A stretch of 64,000 nt of DNA from an uncultured delta proteobacterium (GTDB taxonomy: Bacteria; Bdellovibrionota; FAC87; UBA2466), in assembly GCA_963778115.1 (NCBI GenBank), contig CAVZSV010000004.1, positions 1,312,001 to 1,376,000 of the forward strand, written 5' to 3'. The position numbers were made by a program, and so were the translations under genes. The notes below the pieces were generated by a model that was not told the DNA's origin, ran no database searches, and saw nothing but the letters and a program-made list of their open reading frames with translations. This document shows, one piece after another, positions 1 through 9,060 of this stretch; positions within the stretch are counted from its first letter, which is position 1; the number at the start of each line of letters is the position of its first letter.

Positions 1-909
1 ACTCTCTCCGTCGAACTCTGGTTGGCCAATGGTGCCACTATCCATTTGTCTTTGCGTACGGATAAAATTTTGCCTCTTTATCGAGGGCGCGGTTTTGGGT
101 CGCGGAATGCTCCCGATGCGGCTCCCCTGGCACCAGGCTACCAAACGGTGGACAGCCCGCAAATCGCTTCGATGCCCAGAGAGAAGCTCAAAGCCTATAG
201 CGACAAGGTCCGACAAGAGCTCGAAGAGAAACGGCTTAAAGACGAGGCCGAACGCAAAGCTCGTGAAGAAGCAGAAGCGCTGGCCAAAGCAGCCGCGGAA
301 AAAGCCGCCGCTGATAAAGCGGCGGCTGCAGCAGCCAAGGCCGCCGCCGCTAAAGCTCCTGGCGGGGCTTTACCCCCCTCCGGCGGTCCTTCACTGGCTC
401 CCGCTAAGGTGGGCATTTTCTTTGGCTCTTCCACCGGAAATACCGAAGATGTCGCGGGTCAGATAAAGTCCGAATTGGGCGATGTCGTTGACTACGTCAA
501 AAACATTACCGAAATCTCTCCCGCCGATCTTACGGTTTGTGAAAACCTCATCTTAGGGGTTCCCACCTGGCACATTGGAGAGATGCAAGATGATTGGGCA
601 GTGATCTTGCCCGAAGTGGCGAAGCTTAATTTCTCGGGGAAAAAGGTCGCGGTCTTTGGCTTGGGAGACGGCAAAGGGTATCCCGAAACCTACGTCGATG
701 CCATGCAGGAGCTGCTCGAAAAATTTGAAAAGACTGGGGCTAAATTGGTCGGTTTGTGGCCGACGGAAGGGTATCTTTTCTCAAAGTCCAAAGCCATCCG
801 AGACGGTAAATTCTTAGGCCTTGTGATTGACGTTGAGAACCAAAACGATATGACTGACAAGCGTGTCAAGACATGGGTCGCCCAGATCCGCAAGGAGTTG
901 GCACTTTAG
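1..909 (+). CDS. Long-chain flavodoxin fused C-terminally to an unidentified N-terminal region via a charged/Ala-rich linker (5' partial)
   Basis: Motifs GIFFGSSTGNTE, LILGVPTW and VAVFGLGD..YPETYVDAM. The frame is open from base 1, so the true start lies outside the window. Confidence 0.85.
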   Translation, partial: TLSVELWLANGATIHLSLRTDKILPLYRGRGFGSRNAPDAAPLAPGYQTVDSPQIASMPREKLKAYSDKVRQELEEKRLKDEAERKAREEAEALAKAAAEKAAADKAAAAAAKAAAAKAPGGALPPSGGPSLAPAKVGIFFGSSTGNTEDVAGQIKSELGDVVDYVKNITEISPADLTVCENLILGVPTWHIGEMQDDWAVILPEVAKLNFSGKKVAVFGLGDGKGYPETYVDAMQELLEKFEKTGAKLVGLWPTEGYLFSKSKAIRDGKFLGLVIDVENQNDMTDKRVKTWVAQIRKELAL

Positions 910-927
910 TGCACAAAGGAGTTTCCT

Positions 928-2277
928 TTGTATCAGGCTCGGGTTCGAAACCAATCTTTCCCTTTTAGATCTCTCAACGAAGTTCTGGGGAAAGCCAACG
1001 AGTTCCGATCCGGAGACAAGAGCGTCGGTCTTTGCGCTTCCGATGAAAAAGAGCGGGTCGCTGCTCAATATGTGCTAGCGGACCTTCCCCTCAAAACGTT
1101 CTACGAAAATCCCAGCATTCCTTACGATCGCTGCGAGGTCACCCGCGTTATTATCGATGCCATAGACACTTCTATTTACGACAAAGTTAAGGGCTGGACG
1201 GTAAGCCAACTTCGGGAATTTCTTCTTTCGGCTTCGTCTCAAGAGGTTGCTGGACTTCGTTGGGCATTAACCGCCGAAATGGTGGCAGGAGCCGTTAAAC
1301 TTTGTTCGAACATGGATCTGGTCCAGATCTCACAGAAGATCCGTAACCCTAGCCGAGCCAAAACGACGATAGGGCTACCGGGCACGTTAAGCTCTCGTCT
1401 TCAGCCCAACCATCCGACCGACAGTATTTCCGGAATCTTGGCCCTTACTTACGAGGGGCTTTCGTACGGATGCGGGGACTGCCTGATTGGGATTAACCCC
1501 GCCATAGACAGTGTCGAAAGTGTCTCTAAAATTGGCGCCGCCATTACCGAGGTGATCGAGCGTTTCGAAATTCCGACGGTGGGATGTGTCCTTTCTCACA
1601 TCACTACCCAAATGGAAGCACTTCGCAAAGGAGCCAAACTCGATATCCTTTTTCAAAGTTTGGCCGGATCGCAAAGTGCGAACAAACATTTTGGAATTTC
1701 CGTCTCTACCATTAAAGAGGCCAACGATCTGGCGAAGGATAAACACCCCGATTGGCCCAACCACCTTTATTTCGAAACCGGACAAGGCTCCGAGTTATCC
1801 TTAGAAAGCCACGAGGGCGTCGATCAGGTTACGCTAGAGGCACGGACCTACGGCCTCGCTCGAGCCTTCTCTCCTTACATGGTCAATAATGTTTCGGGAT
1901 TTATCGGACCGGAAATTCTTTTTGACGGAAAGCAGATGATCCGCGCCAATTTGGAGGATCTTTGCATGGCAAAACTCTTGGGACTGCCAATGGGAATGGC
2001 GCCTTGCTATACGACCCATGCCGAGATCGACCAGAATGATCATGAAATAGCGACGATGCTTCTCACGCTTGCCGGTAGCCAGTATTTCATGGCGATAGGA
2101 CAAAATGACGACGTGATGCTCAGTTACCAAGATACCAGTTTTCATGACAACGTGGCTTTGAGGCGCCTCAATCATCTAAGAACCACACCGGAATTTGAAG
2201 GTTGGATGGAAAAAATGGGACTCATGAAAGAAAGAGCTCCCACGGAAAGGTTCGGAGACCCTAGTGTCTTTCAGTAA
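928..2277 (+). CDS. eutB: Ethanolamine ammonia-lyase large subunit
   Basis: Motifs LGKANEFRSGD, RLQPNHPTD, YFETGQGSELS and VNNVSGFIGPE. AAGGAG RBS precedes the TTG start. Confidence 0.95.
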   Translation: MYQARVRNQSFPFRSLNEVLGKANEFRSGDKSVGLCASDEKERVAAQYVLADLPLKTFYENPSIPYDRCEVTRVIIDAIDTSIYDKVKGWTVSQLREFLLSASSQEVAGLRWALTAEMVAGAVKLCSNMDLVQISQKIRNPSRAKTTIGLPGTLSSRLQPNHPTDSISGILALTYEGLSYGCGDCLIGINPAIDSVESVSKIGAAITEVIERFEIPTVGCVLSHITTQMEALRKGAKLDILFQSLAGSQSANKHFGISVSTIKEANDLAKDKHPDWPNHLYFETGQGSELSLESHEGVDQVTLEARTYGLARAFSPYMVNNVSGFIGPEILFDGKQMIRANLEDLCMAKLLGLPMGMAPCYTTHAEIDQNDHEIATMLLTLAGSQYFMAIGQNDDVMLSYQDTSFHDNVALRRLNHLRTTPEFEGWMEKMGLMKERAPTERFGDPSVFQ

Positions 2278-2995
2278 AGATCTTACGGGCAACGCTTTTG
2301 TCGAAAAGCTAAGAGCAGCCACCCCCGCGCGTATCGGGATCGGACATGCGGGAGGCCGTTACCCGACAAAGGCCCAACTGAAGTTTAAGGAGGACTTGGC
2401 AATATCTCGGGACGCGGTTCGTAGAGACGTTCCCGAAACGCTAATTCATTCGCTTGGCCTTCTAAAGCTTAAGTCTCGCGCCACTCGACGCGAAGACTAT
2501 CTTATGAATACTTCATTGGGCCGGTTTCTCGACGATTCAAGTGTTCAAATTCTAAAGAAAGAGGCTATCGCTTCGCCTGACGTTCAGATCGTCACTTCGG
2601 ATGGCCTTTCCAGTGAGGCCTTTGAAAAAAACATCGGGGAGATTCTCCCTCTATTTTCCGAGGCCCTCGCCGCTAAAAACGTCTCTTTGGGGACTCCCCT
2701 GTTTGTCCGTTGGGGAAGAGTGGCCGTCATGGATCACATTGGGGATGTGATTCATCCCAAAGCAACCATTCTTTTCATCGGCGAACGACCAGGGCTTGGA
2801 ATTTCTGACTCCTTGAGTGCCTACTTTGAGTACGAACCTTGTGCTAAACGAGTGGAATCCGATAGGAACGTACTTTCGAATATCCATCGACTGGGAATGC
2901 CTCCGACCGAATCCGCCCTCATGCTAGCGGACGCCATCCATCAAGTACTGACTCAAAAGAAAAGTGGAATGAGTGTCCGCTTTGATTTCACGTGA
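2264..2995 (+). CDS. eutC: Ethanolamine ammonia-lyase small subunit
   Basis: Motifs TPARIGIGHAG, SDGLSS, IGERPGL and RNVLSNIH. Overlaps the end of eutB. Confidence 0.95.
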   Translation: MSFSKDLTGNAFVEKLRAATPARIGIGHAGGRYPTKAQLKFKEDLAISRDAVRRDVPETLIHSLGLLKLKSRATRREDYLMNTSLGRFLDDSSVQILKKEAIASPDVQIVTSDGLSSEAFEKNIGEILPLFSEALAAKNVSLGTPLFVRWGRVAVMDHIGDVIHPKATILFIGERPGLGISDSLSAYFEYEPCAKRVESDRNVLSNIHRLGMPPTESALMLADAIHQVLTQKKSGMSVRFDFT

Positions 2996-4296
2996 TCTCC
3001 ATCGGTTTTGACATAGGAACCACAACCCTTCGCGCCGTGGCGGTGGAGCTGACACTTGGCCCCTTTCGCCGGAAAAGTGCCACTGCCTTGGGCCGTTCCC
3101 TCGTCCAATGGACTCCCTACCAAAACGATCTTTTAGATCAAACACAGATTCTAAGGATGTTGACGGAGTGGGTGGGCCAGGAAAAACTCCCTCCCCCCGA
3201 AGTGGGGACGCTGCTATTTACCGGGCAGGCTCAACGCGCGCCTAACGTGAGTCACGTAGCACAAGCCATCACCGAAAGGTGGGAGGGGCTCGTCTCGGCA
3301 CAACTTGACCCCGAGTTAGAAACCAGGGTCGCCGCTCACGGTGCGGGAGCCGTGGAGCTATCTCGGCAGCGGATCGGTCAGCCGGTATTACATATTGACG
3401 TCGGAGGAGGAACTTCAAATCTAGCTTGGATTGAAAACGGAGTGATTGAAGATACCGCCTGCTGGGACCTGGGTGCGAGAAAGTGGCGCCTCACCCCAGA
3501 AGGATTTGTCCTGGCTAAGACCAAGCAGGCCGGACAGCTTGAGTCCCTCTTTCCTGATATAGCTCCCCGAAGTGGCGCTTTCTCTCTTGAGTTGGCTAAG
3601 AAAGCGGCTCTGCGCTTGGCTTCCCTCATTTTAGATTATCGCTCCGTTCCGTCGCCCTTCCTGGTCGTTCCGTGGAAACACCCAAAAGCCAACGAAGCTC
3701 CCCTGCTTTCTCTTTCGGGAGGCATTGTCGAGTGTTTGCGATCGTCTGAGGAAGCGGACTTTCGTTTCGGAGATTTGGGCCCCTTTCTGGGGAAATCGAT
3801 CGTGGAAGAAGCAAAAGCAAGAGGATGGAAGGTTCATCTTTCTTTGGAACACGGGCGAGCCACAGCTCTTGGAGTAAGTTCGCACAGCTTTCAGGTAAGC
3901 GGGGCTTCCATATTCTCCATGGAGACGCAGAAACACCTTCATCTTCCTCTTTTTCAGGAGTCTGAGCCCTGGGCAGCGGCTAAGTTTGCCATTGCGGTAT
4001 CCCCTGTCGAGATGGAAAGTGCGGCGATAAAAAGCAAGGCTCTTGGGTTAGCCGAACGATTGAAAAGAGAATTCCCTGCTGGAAACACTACGATCGTCTT
4101 CGTGCTCGCTTCTAACCTAGGAAAAACGCTTGGCCATTTTCTAAAGGAACAATTGGATTCTCGATTTGAATTGGTGGTAATCGATGAAATAGAAAATTTG
4201 ATCCCAAAAGAGGCATCGGCACGAACTGTCGATTTGCGTTGGAGTGAGTCGGCCCAGAGATACACGTTGACGGTAAAGGCTTTGCATCTGTTCTAA
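2992..4296 (+). CDS. eutA: Ethanolamine ammonia-lyase reactivating factor (divergent)
   Basis: Motifs SIGFDIGTTT, DPELETRVAAHGAGA, HIDVGGGTSN and DTACWDLGAR. GTGA overlap with eutC. Confidence 0.8.
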   Translation: MISIGFDIGTTTLRAVAVELTLGPFRRKSATALGRSLVQWTPYQNDLLDQTQILRMLTEWVGQEKLPPPEVGTLLFTGQAQRAPNVSHVAQAITERWEGLVSAQLDPELETRVAAHGAGAVELSRQRIGQPVLHIDVGGGTSNLAWIENGVIEDTACWDLGARKWRLTPEGFVLAKTKQAGQLESLFPDIAPRSGAFSLELAKKAALRLASLILDYRSVPSPFLVVPWKHPKANEAPLLSLSGGIVECLRSSEEADFRFGDLGPFLGKSIVEEAKARGWKVHLSLEHGRATALGVSSHSFQVSGASIFSMETQKHLHLPLFQESEPWAAAKFAIAVSPVEMESAAIKSKALGLAERLKREFPAGNTTIVFVLASNLGKTLGHFLKEQLDSRFELVVIDEIENLIPKEASARTVDLRWSESAQRYTLTVKALHLF

Positions 4297-4310
4297 GTTG
4301 CCGTCATTGC

Positions 4311-4668
4311 GACTATGGGAAAGGGAGTCAAGGGGTAGACGAGTCCCTTGAGGGTTTTCCCCCTTGATTTCCAGGTCTCCGTTGTTTCGAGCACGGTCAT
4401 TGCCAACAGCTTTGATCTGTGGCGGCCTTTTCTTTATTAGCAGGTTCCTAGATGCGACTATTTGGGCTCTCTAGGGCCTAAGCCCCGGGCCATAATAAAT
4501 TCGAGGATAAACGAGCGGGGGCTAACCGAGGCAAAAGACTCTCTCGTCGCATCTTGCGATAGCGACGGGGTCATCACAATGATTGAGCTCTCTCCGCTCC
4601 CCTCCAAGACCGGTGTCCGTTCTTCCATTTTGTGGCAAGAAGGATCGTGCTTGAAAGTCTGCTAAGAT
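4311..4668 (-). ncRNA. Putative IS110 bridge/seek RNA region
   Basis: Non-coding and downstream of the recombinase. Contains inverted repeats (AGATGCGAC/GTCGCATCT) and short matches to both junction sequences. Boundaries are inferred. Confidence 0.5.
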
Positions 4669-5040
4669 TTAAGTCGTTCTTATCCGCTTCGGATCGGAAC
4701 TGTGAAAAACAGGCTTCAAAAGTTCCGCCTTTAACAAAGTAACAAGTTTTCTAGCGTCGATTCGATCCGTCTTTGCTCCTTCGCTGAGTAATTTATTGCG
4801 GTAAGGATCGCAAACTAGAATCTCGTCCACGCTGCTCTTAAGCTCCGTGAAAAGCCACTGGGAAGTCGTGGTTTCCTCGAACCTGAGGATACTTCGTCCC
4901 TTTAGGCGACGCAGATATCCCTTGAGCTCTTTCACACTCGCCGGAACCTCAACGACTGATATCTCACTGGATTGCTTGGTCATCCGCGCTATTGCCATAT
5001 TGCTTTGCGCCCAATCTAAAGCGATGTAATGGTCATACAT
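4669..5040 (-). pseudogene. IS110 recombinase/transposase, N-terminal DEDD RuvC-like domain only (123 aa)
   Basis: Motifs YIALDW, FEETT, VCDP and KTDRIDARKL, with an AAGGAG RBS. The C-terminal Tnp domain is absent. Confidence 0.85.
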
Positions 5041-5190
5041 GGTGGGTCTCCTTCTATGGATTGACTAATCCATGGCTAGCCAACCCGTACAGGGTTAGAG
5101 CTTAAATCGTCCGCTATATGCGCGACGTAGGAGACCTACCTTTCCCATTTACCGAGGACCAGAAGAAGTATGCACGCGAAGCGACTCGAC

Positions 5191-5222
5191 GACCTGTCCG
5201 CCGTAGCCTTGGCGAAGGAAGA
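5191..5222. repeat. REP-like palindromic repeat, copy 1
   Basis: GACCTGTCCGCCGTAGCCTTGGCGAAGGAAG. A near-identical reverse-complement copy lies at 36872-36905. Confidence 0.65.
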
Positions 5223-5264
5223 ATTAATCTCCATGCACGGAGGTGCATCGCAATGGCGAACGGT

Positions 5265-6242
5265 TTACTCGTCATTAGGCGCGCCGGCCATAGAAGACAA
5301 ATGGTGGGGCTTAATTTTTGAGGGATCAAATTTCTTTAGATTCGCAAGCATCGTATCGATGGTGTCATCAAAATCCGGATCGCCGCCTTTGATCCACCGA
5401 AGGGGATTAATTCTTGCGACCACGAACGTCTTTAGAAAAGGGCTGGTTAGCCCCACTTCTTTAAGCGCGGTAACCGCTTTGGTAACTTTTTCGTCTAGTT
5501 CAAAAAGTCGTTTCGCATGACGAGTACGCAAAGTGAGAGCGCGAGAAAGACGCTCTTCAAAGAAATGTTCGGTTCGCCGCAAGAATGAAAAGTAAGCTCC
5601 TCCCGAAAATTGTAACTTGGCTTCGTAACAAGCCCCCAAAGTGAGATAGGCAGCCTCCTCAAATTGATCGGCATAGGACGCCTCTTCGTCGCCAGGCGAG
5701 AGCTGTGCCAAGGCTCTGGCTAAACGGATTACTTCCAAAGACTTCTCCTTTACGTTGGGGGCCTTTTCCGTATTGAGGGCCAGAATATCCCGCGCCAAAG
5801 CAACGTCGGGAATGACCAACGCCATAATAGTCTTGGCTCCAAGCTTTTGAAGGGCTGTTGATCGATGCAAACCGTTGGGTGTTTCGTAGATCCCCTCTTC
5901 GGAACGAATGGCGATGATAGGATCAAGAAATCGATTTAGCCGCTGAACCTTTTGTGCCAAACGGTTCACGTGAGTCTGAGAAAGATTTCTCTGGTACTCC
6001 ACGGGCTTTACCTTATTCAAAGGCAGGGCCGCAAAGATCTGCCAATGGCTTCCCAGAGGTTCACGATAAGCCGACAGAACGCTTCCGCCATCGGCCTCTA
6101 TCTGAGTGGCTAGCTCGCGGATCTGCTCCGGCGGCTCCCCTTTTACCTCTTCGGGAGACAATCCCTTCGAATTCTTAGCGACCCGCTTCCGACGTATTTT
6201 CCGCTTCTTGGGCGCTTTCTTTTCGACATTCAGCATGGGCAT
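5265..6242 (-). CDS. ParB/Srx N-terminal-domain protein (orphan)
   Basis: YQRNLS...RFLDPIIA...TPNGLHRSTAL resembles the ParB-N G-x-x-R motif region. Confidence 0.65.
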   Translation of the reverse strand: MPMLNVEKKAPKKRKIRRKRVAKNSKGLSPEEVKGEPPEQIRELATQIEADGGSVLSAYREPLGSHWQIFAALPLNKVKPVEYQRNLSQTHVNRLAQKVQRLNRFLDPIIAIRSEEGIYETPNGLHRSTALQKLGAKTIMALVIPDVALARDILALNTEKAPNVKEKSLEVIRLARALAQLSPGDEEASYADQFEEAAYLTLGACYEAKLQFSGGAYFSFLRRTEHFFEERLSRALTLRTRHAKRLFELDEKVTKAVTALKEVGLTSPFLKTFVVARINPLRWIKGGDPDFDDTIDTMLANLKKFDPSKIKPHHLSSMAGAPNDE

Positions 6243-6304
6243 GGCGAGACTATAGATGGATTACCCATCCTCTCGCAACGAAGGTTTTCTTCTCTTCGCA
6301 ACTA

Positions 6305-7411
6305 TTACTTAATATCGTCCATCGTAGGAATCGGTTGATTCGGATCGATGTAAATCTCTTGAGTCAGATCAGGACGCTCGTTTTCCCAACCTTTTTTGTG
6401 CTCCACCATCGCCGTTAGCCATTGACCCAGGTTCTGATCCCCAGACTGAATTCCGCCAAGAGCCTCCACGGTATGACAATGCATGGACGTATTGGTGTAG
6501 AAGACTTTGGCTCTTGGGTTATTCAACCCAAGGTACTTATCCGAGAGATCGATAATGGTGTCTCGAACGGCCGTGAAAGGTGACGCTGACCCCACCGCGA
6601 GCGCAAAGAACGTCATCGTTTTATCTTGATAAGACGAGATAAACCCGAAATCGATATCGGGGTATCGCTTACCATTGTCGGCGATAAGCCCCGAAAAATC
6701 GGTTACCCCCTCGGGCAAAGTTTTATCCGCTCCCCAGTTAGTCATCACCATCTTGTACTTGTCGGCGTTAATGTAAGGGGGACGAAAGGGAGTTCCCGCG
6801 TCACTAATTACCATCTTTTCCGAATCAGGAAAGGCCTTAGCCAAGGTTCCCATATGATAGTAGGCGCCTATCCCACCAGCGCTACATCCTAGTAGCACCA
6901 CTTTGTCGGGATTAGGAAAAATCGATTTCACTTTATCGAAAGCGAGTTGGACATTTTTGAAGCCTTGATGTCGGATAACGTAAGGTGCTGCGTCCGTGCC
7001 GTAGTTAATCGTACGAGCACCCGCGTGCACATCTCCCGTACAGTAGGGCACTGTCACCACACTATAGTCGGCTGCGAATGGATTATTAGAATCGGTCGCA
7101 TCTCCGATGCCGTCTCCGTTATTCCAATCCGTAGGGGTCTCCGTTCTGGTGAGAGGATTTGCTAGTCCCTTCTTGCAGGTTTGAGCATCCCAACACGCAC
7201 CGCCCCCGGTGAGATAGACCAATACATGTTTGGCCGTTGGACGACGAGTCAACGTAATGAACGAAGGAGTTCCGTCGGCGCAAGTAGAACCCGGTAACTC
7301 AATCAGACATTCCTTATTATCTTGGCAGTTAGTTGAGATTGCGGCCGATGAAACCATTGCCCAACCAAAGGCCCACGCCGATAGCAGAAGCCCCATTTTG
7401 CGAATACCCAT
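6305..7411 (-). CDS. Secreted pectinacetylesterase/Notum-family hydrolase
   Basis: Signal peptide plus motifs CADGT, YLTGGGACWD, VPYCTGDVHAG and GCSAGG. Confidence 0.85.
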   Translation of the reverse strand: MGIRKMGLLLSAWAFGWAMVSSAAISTNCQDNKECLIELPGSTCADGTPSFITLTRRPTAKHVLVYLTGGGACWDAQTCKKGLANPLTRTETPTDWNNGDGIGDATDSNNPFAADYSVVTVPYCTGDVHAGARTINYGTDAAPYVIRHQGFKNVQLAFDKVKSIFPNPDKVVLLGCSAGGIGAYYHMGTLAKAFPDSEKMVISDAGTPFRPPYINADKYKMVMTNWGADKTLPEGVTDFSGLIADNGKRYPDIDFGFISSYQDKTMTFFALAVGSASPFTAVRDTIIDLSDKYLGLNNPRAKVFYTNTSMHCHTVEALGGIQSGDQNLGQWLTAMVEHKKGWENERPDLTQEIYIDPNQPIPTMDDIK

Positions 7412-7533
7412 GTCCCCTCCCCAGTGAAAAACGTCCCAGTGCGCTATTCACCAATGGTTGGGTAGGGCTGACAAGCTGCGGCGAGTCATTTAGCGTTTTT
7501 ACGCACAGTATCGCCGCCGAAAATTCACATTTT

Positions 7534-7818
7534 TTATTTACCCGAACATCCCCCGGGCATGGGCATCGATCTGGGTTTAGGTAGATAAGGCGAGCCGGAA
7601 GATCCTGCCGAAGAGCCCGAGCTTCCCGTGGAAGTCGAACTTCCGCTCCCGCTGGAACTACTGGTGGTTCCAGATCCGGAAGTACTACTTCCCGATTCCG
7701 TCAGAGCGTTTCCAGATATAGATGAAAACTCGGAAGCAGAGTCGCTTCCACATCCAGAACAAAGTAACAATACTCCTAAAAAGCCCACCACGATCCAAAA
7801 CCAATAACGTCCCATCAT
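7534..7818 (-). CDS. Small Ser/Gly-rich putative lipoprotein
   Basis: Hydrophobic N-terminus with a CSGC lipobox-like motif, followed by an S/G low-complexity tract. Confidence 0.55.
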   Translation of the reverse strand: MMGRYWFWIVVGFLGVLLLCSGCGSDSASEFSSISGNALTESGSSTSGSGTTSSSSGSGSSTSTGSSGSSAGSSGSPYLPKPRSMPMPGGCSGK

Positions 7819-8144
7819 TTTATTCTTACCTTTCCTAGTAGACTATGCAGTATGCGGATGTTCACTTCGAAGATGTAGCGGCGAGACTTTGTGGCCAGGC
7901 AGATTACTACTTTGCAAAAGACGGTCCCAAGATCTCCCGCAGTAAGAAAGTTCGACGCTTGTCTAAGTTTTTGACGTCTGATCAGATCTAAAACAAGAAA
8001 AGCGGGCGAAAGAGACGACGATACTGATACTTAGACGAGCACGTAAAAGAAGTATCTGTTTTTTGGCGAACACACAAAAATCTTCTCCCTCCCGCGCGGG
8101 AGAAAGAAGAAACCCCTGGCAATCCCCCTATTCCCCTTGTTACA

Positions 8145-9050
8145 GTGCGGGCCATGTCCGCACTCTTCATTGGAGCGGTTCTCATCGGGTTTGCTCCTAT
8201 TTTCGTTAAGCTGGTCGCAACCTCCCCGACGGCAACCGGATTTTATCGCTGTGCTTTTGCGAGTATTTTTCTTGGACTTTTGCTAAGCACTAAAGTCTTG
8301 GCTCGAAATAAAGCCTTTACCCCCAGAAAATGGCCGAAGCAGGCCAAGGGGCTCGCGGTCCTTGCGGGGCTTATCTTTGCTGGTGATCTTTTTGTCTGGC
8401 ATCGTGCCGTCATCTATGCCGGTGCGGGAATGGGTACCATTTTGGGGAACACCCAGGTCTTTTACGTTTCCCTTGTTGGAATTTTTTTCTTTCACGAAAA
8501 GTTAACCGCTCGTTTCCTTCTTGCCGTTGGCACGGCCTTAATAGGAGTTTTCCTCCTGGTGAGCTACCGGATGAAGGTCCCTGACGAAAGCCGCTATTGG
8601 TGGGGCATCGCTTTCGGACTCTCCACCGGCATTTTTTTTTCTAGTTACCTTTTGACTCTTCGACGCATCGAAAGCTTATCGGTGGGAATACCTACCGAAC
8701 ACCTCATGCTCGTGGTCTCGGCGGTCTCGGCTTTAGGATTGCTTCCGGTTGCTATTTACGAACAGACACTCCGACTTCCCTTGGGTAGGGAATGGGTTTT
8801 GTTACCGGCATTGGCGCTGATAGCTCAGATCGGCGGATGGATCCTGATCACTAGGAATCTCCCCAAGGTTCCCGTCTCGCGTGCTGGTCTTGTCCTGCTC
8901 ATGCAACCTGTAGTCGCAACGGTGGTGGGAAATATTTTTTTCGGCGAACGGATGACTCCGATCCAAGTGATGGGTGCATCCCTAACGTTGTTAGCCATCT
9001 ATCTGGGAACACTTAAAACGACAAAGGTGGTTGTCCCTGCCCAAGACTAG
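8145..9050 (+). CDS. DMT/EamA family transporter
   Basis: About 10 TM helices and two EamA-like repeats (FFFHEKL; LLMQPVVAT..FFGE). Confidence 0.9.
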   Translation: MRAMSALFIGAVLIGFAPIFVKLVATSPTATGFYRCAFASIFLGLLLSTKVLARNKAFTPRKWPKQAKGLAVLAGLIFAGDLFVWHRAVIYAGAGMGTILGNTQVFYVSLVGIFFFHEKLTARFLLAVGTALIGVFLLVSYRMKVPDESRYWWGIAFGLSTGIFFSSYLLTLRRIESLSVGIPTEHLMLVVSAVSALGLLPVAIYEQTLRLPLGREWVLLPALALIAQIGGWILITRNLPKVPVSRAGLVLLMQPVVATVVGNIFFGERMTPIQVMGASLTLLAIYLGTLKTTKVVVPAQD

Positions 9051-9060
9051 CACGTAAGGC

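Larger units (their letters stand above)
4308..5121 (-). mobile_element. Internally deleted IS110-family element with predicted ends
   Basis: Truncated IS110 recombinase followed by a ~360-bp non-coding region. TGC occurs at both predicted ends (4308-4310 and 5119-5121). TTGACT lies near the right end on the minus strand. Confidence 0.7.

Noticed and set aside
4462..4665. 67-aa ORF within the IS110 end
   Set aside because: It has no RBS or recognisable motif and lies antisense in the predicted non-coding end.
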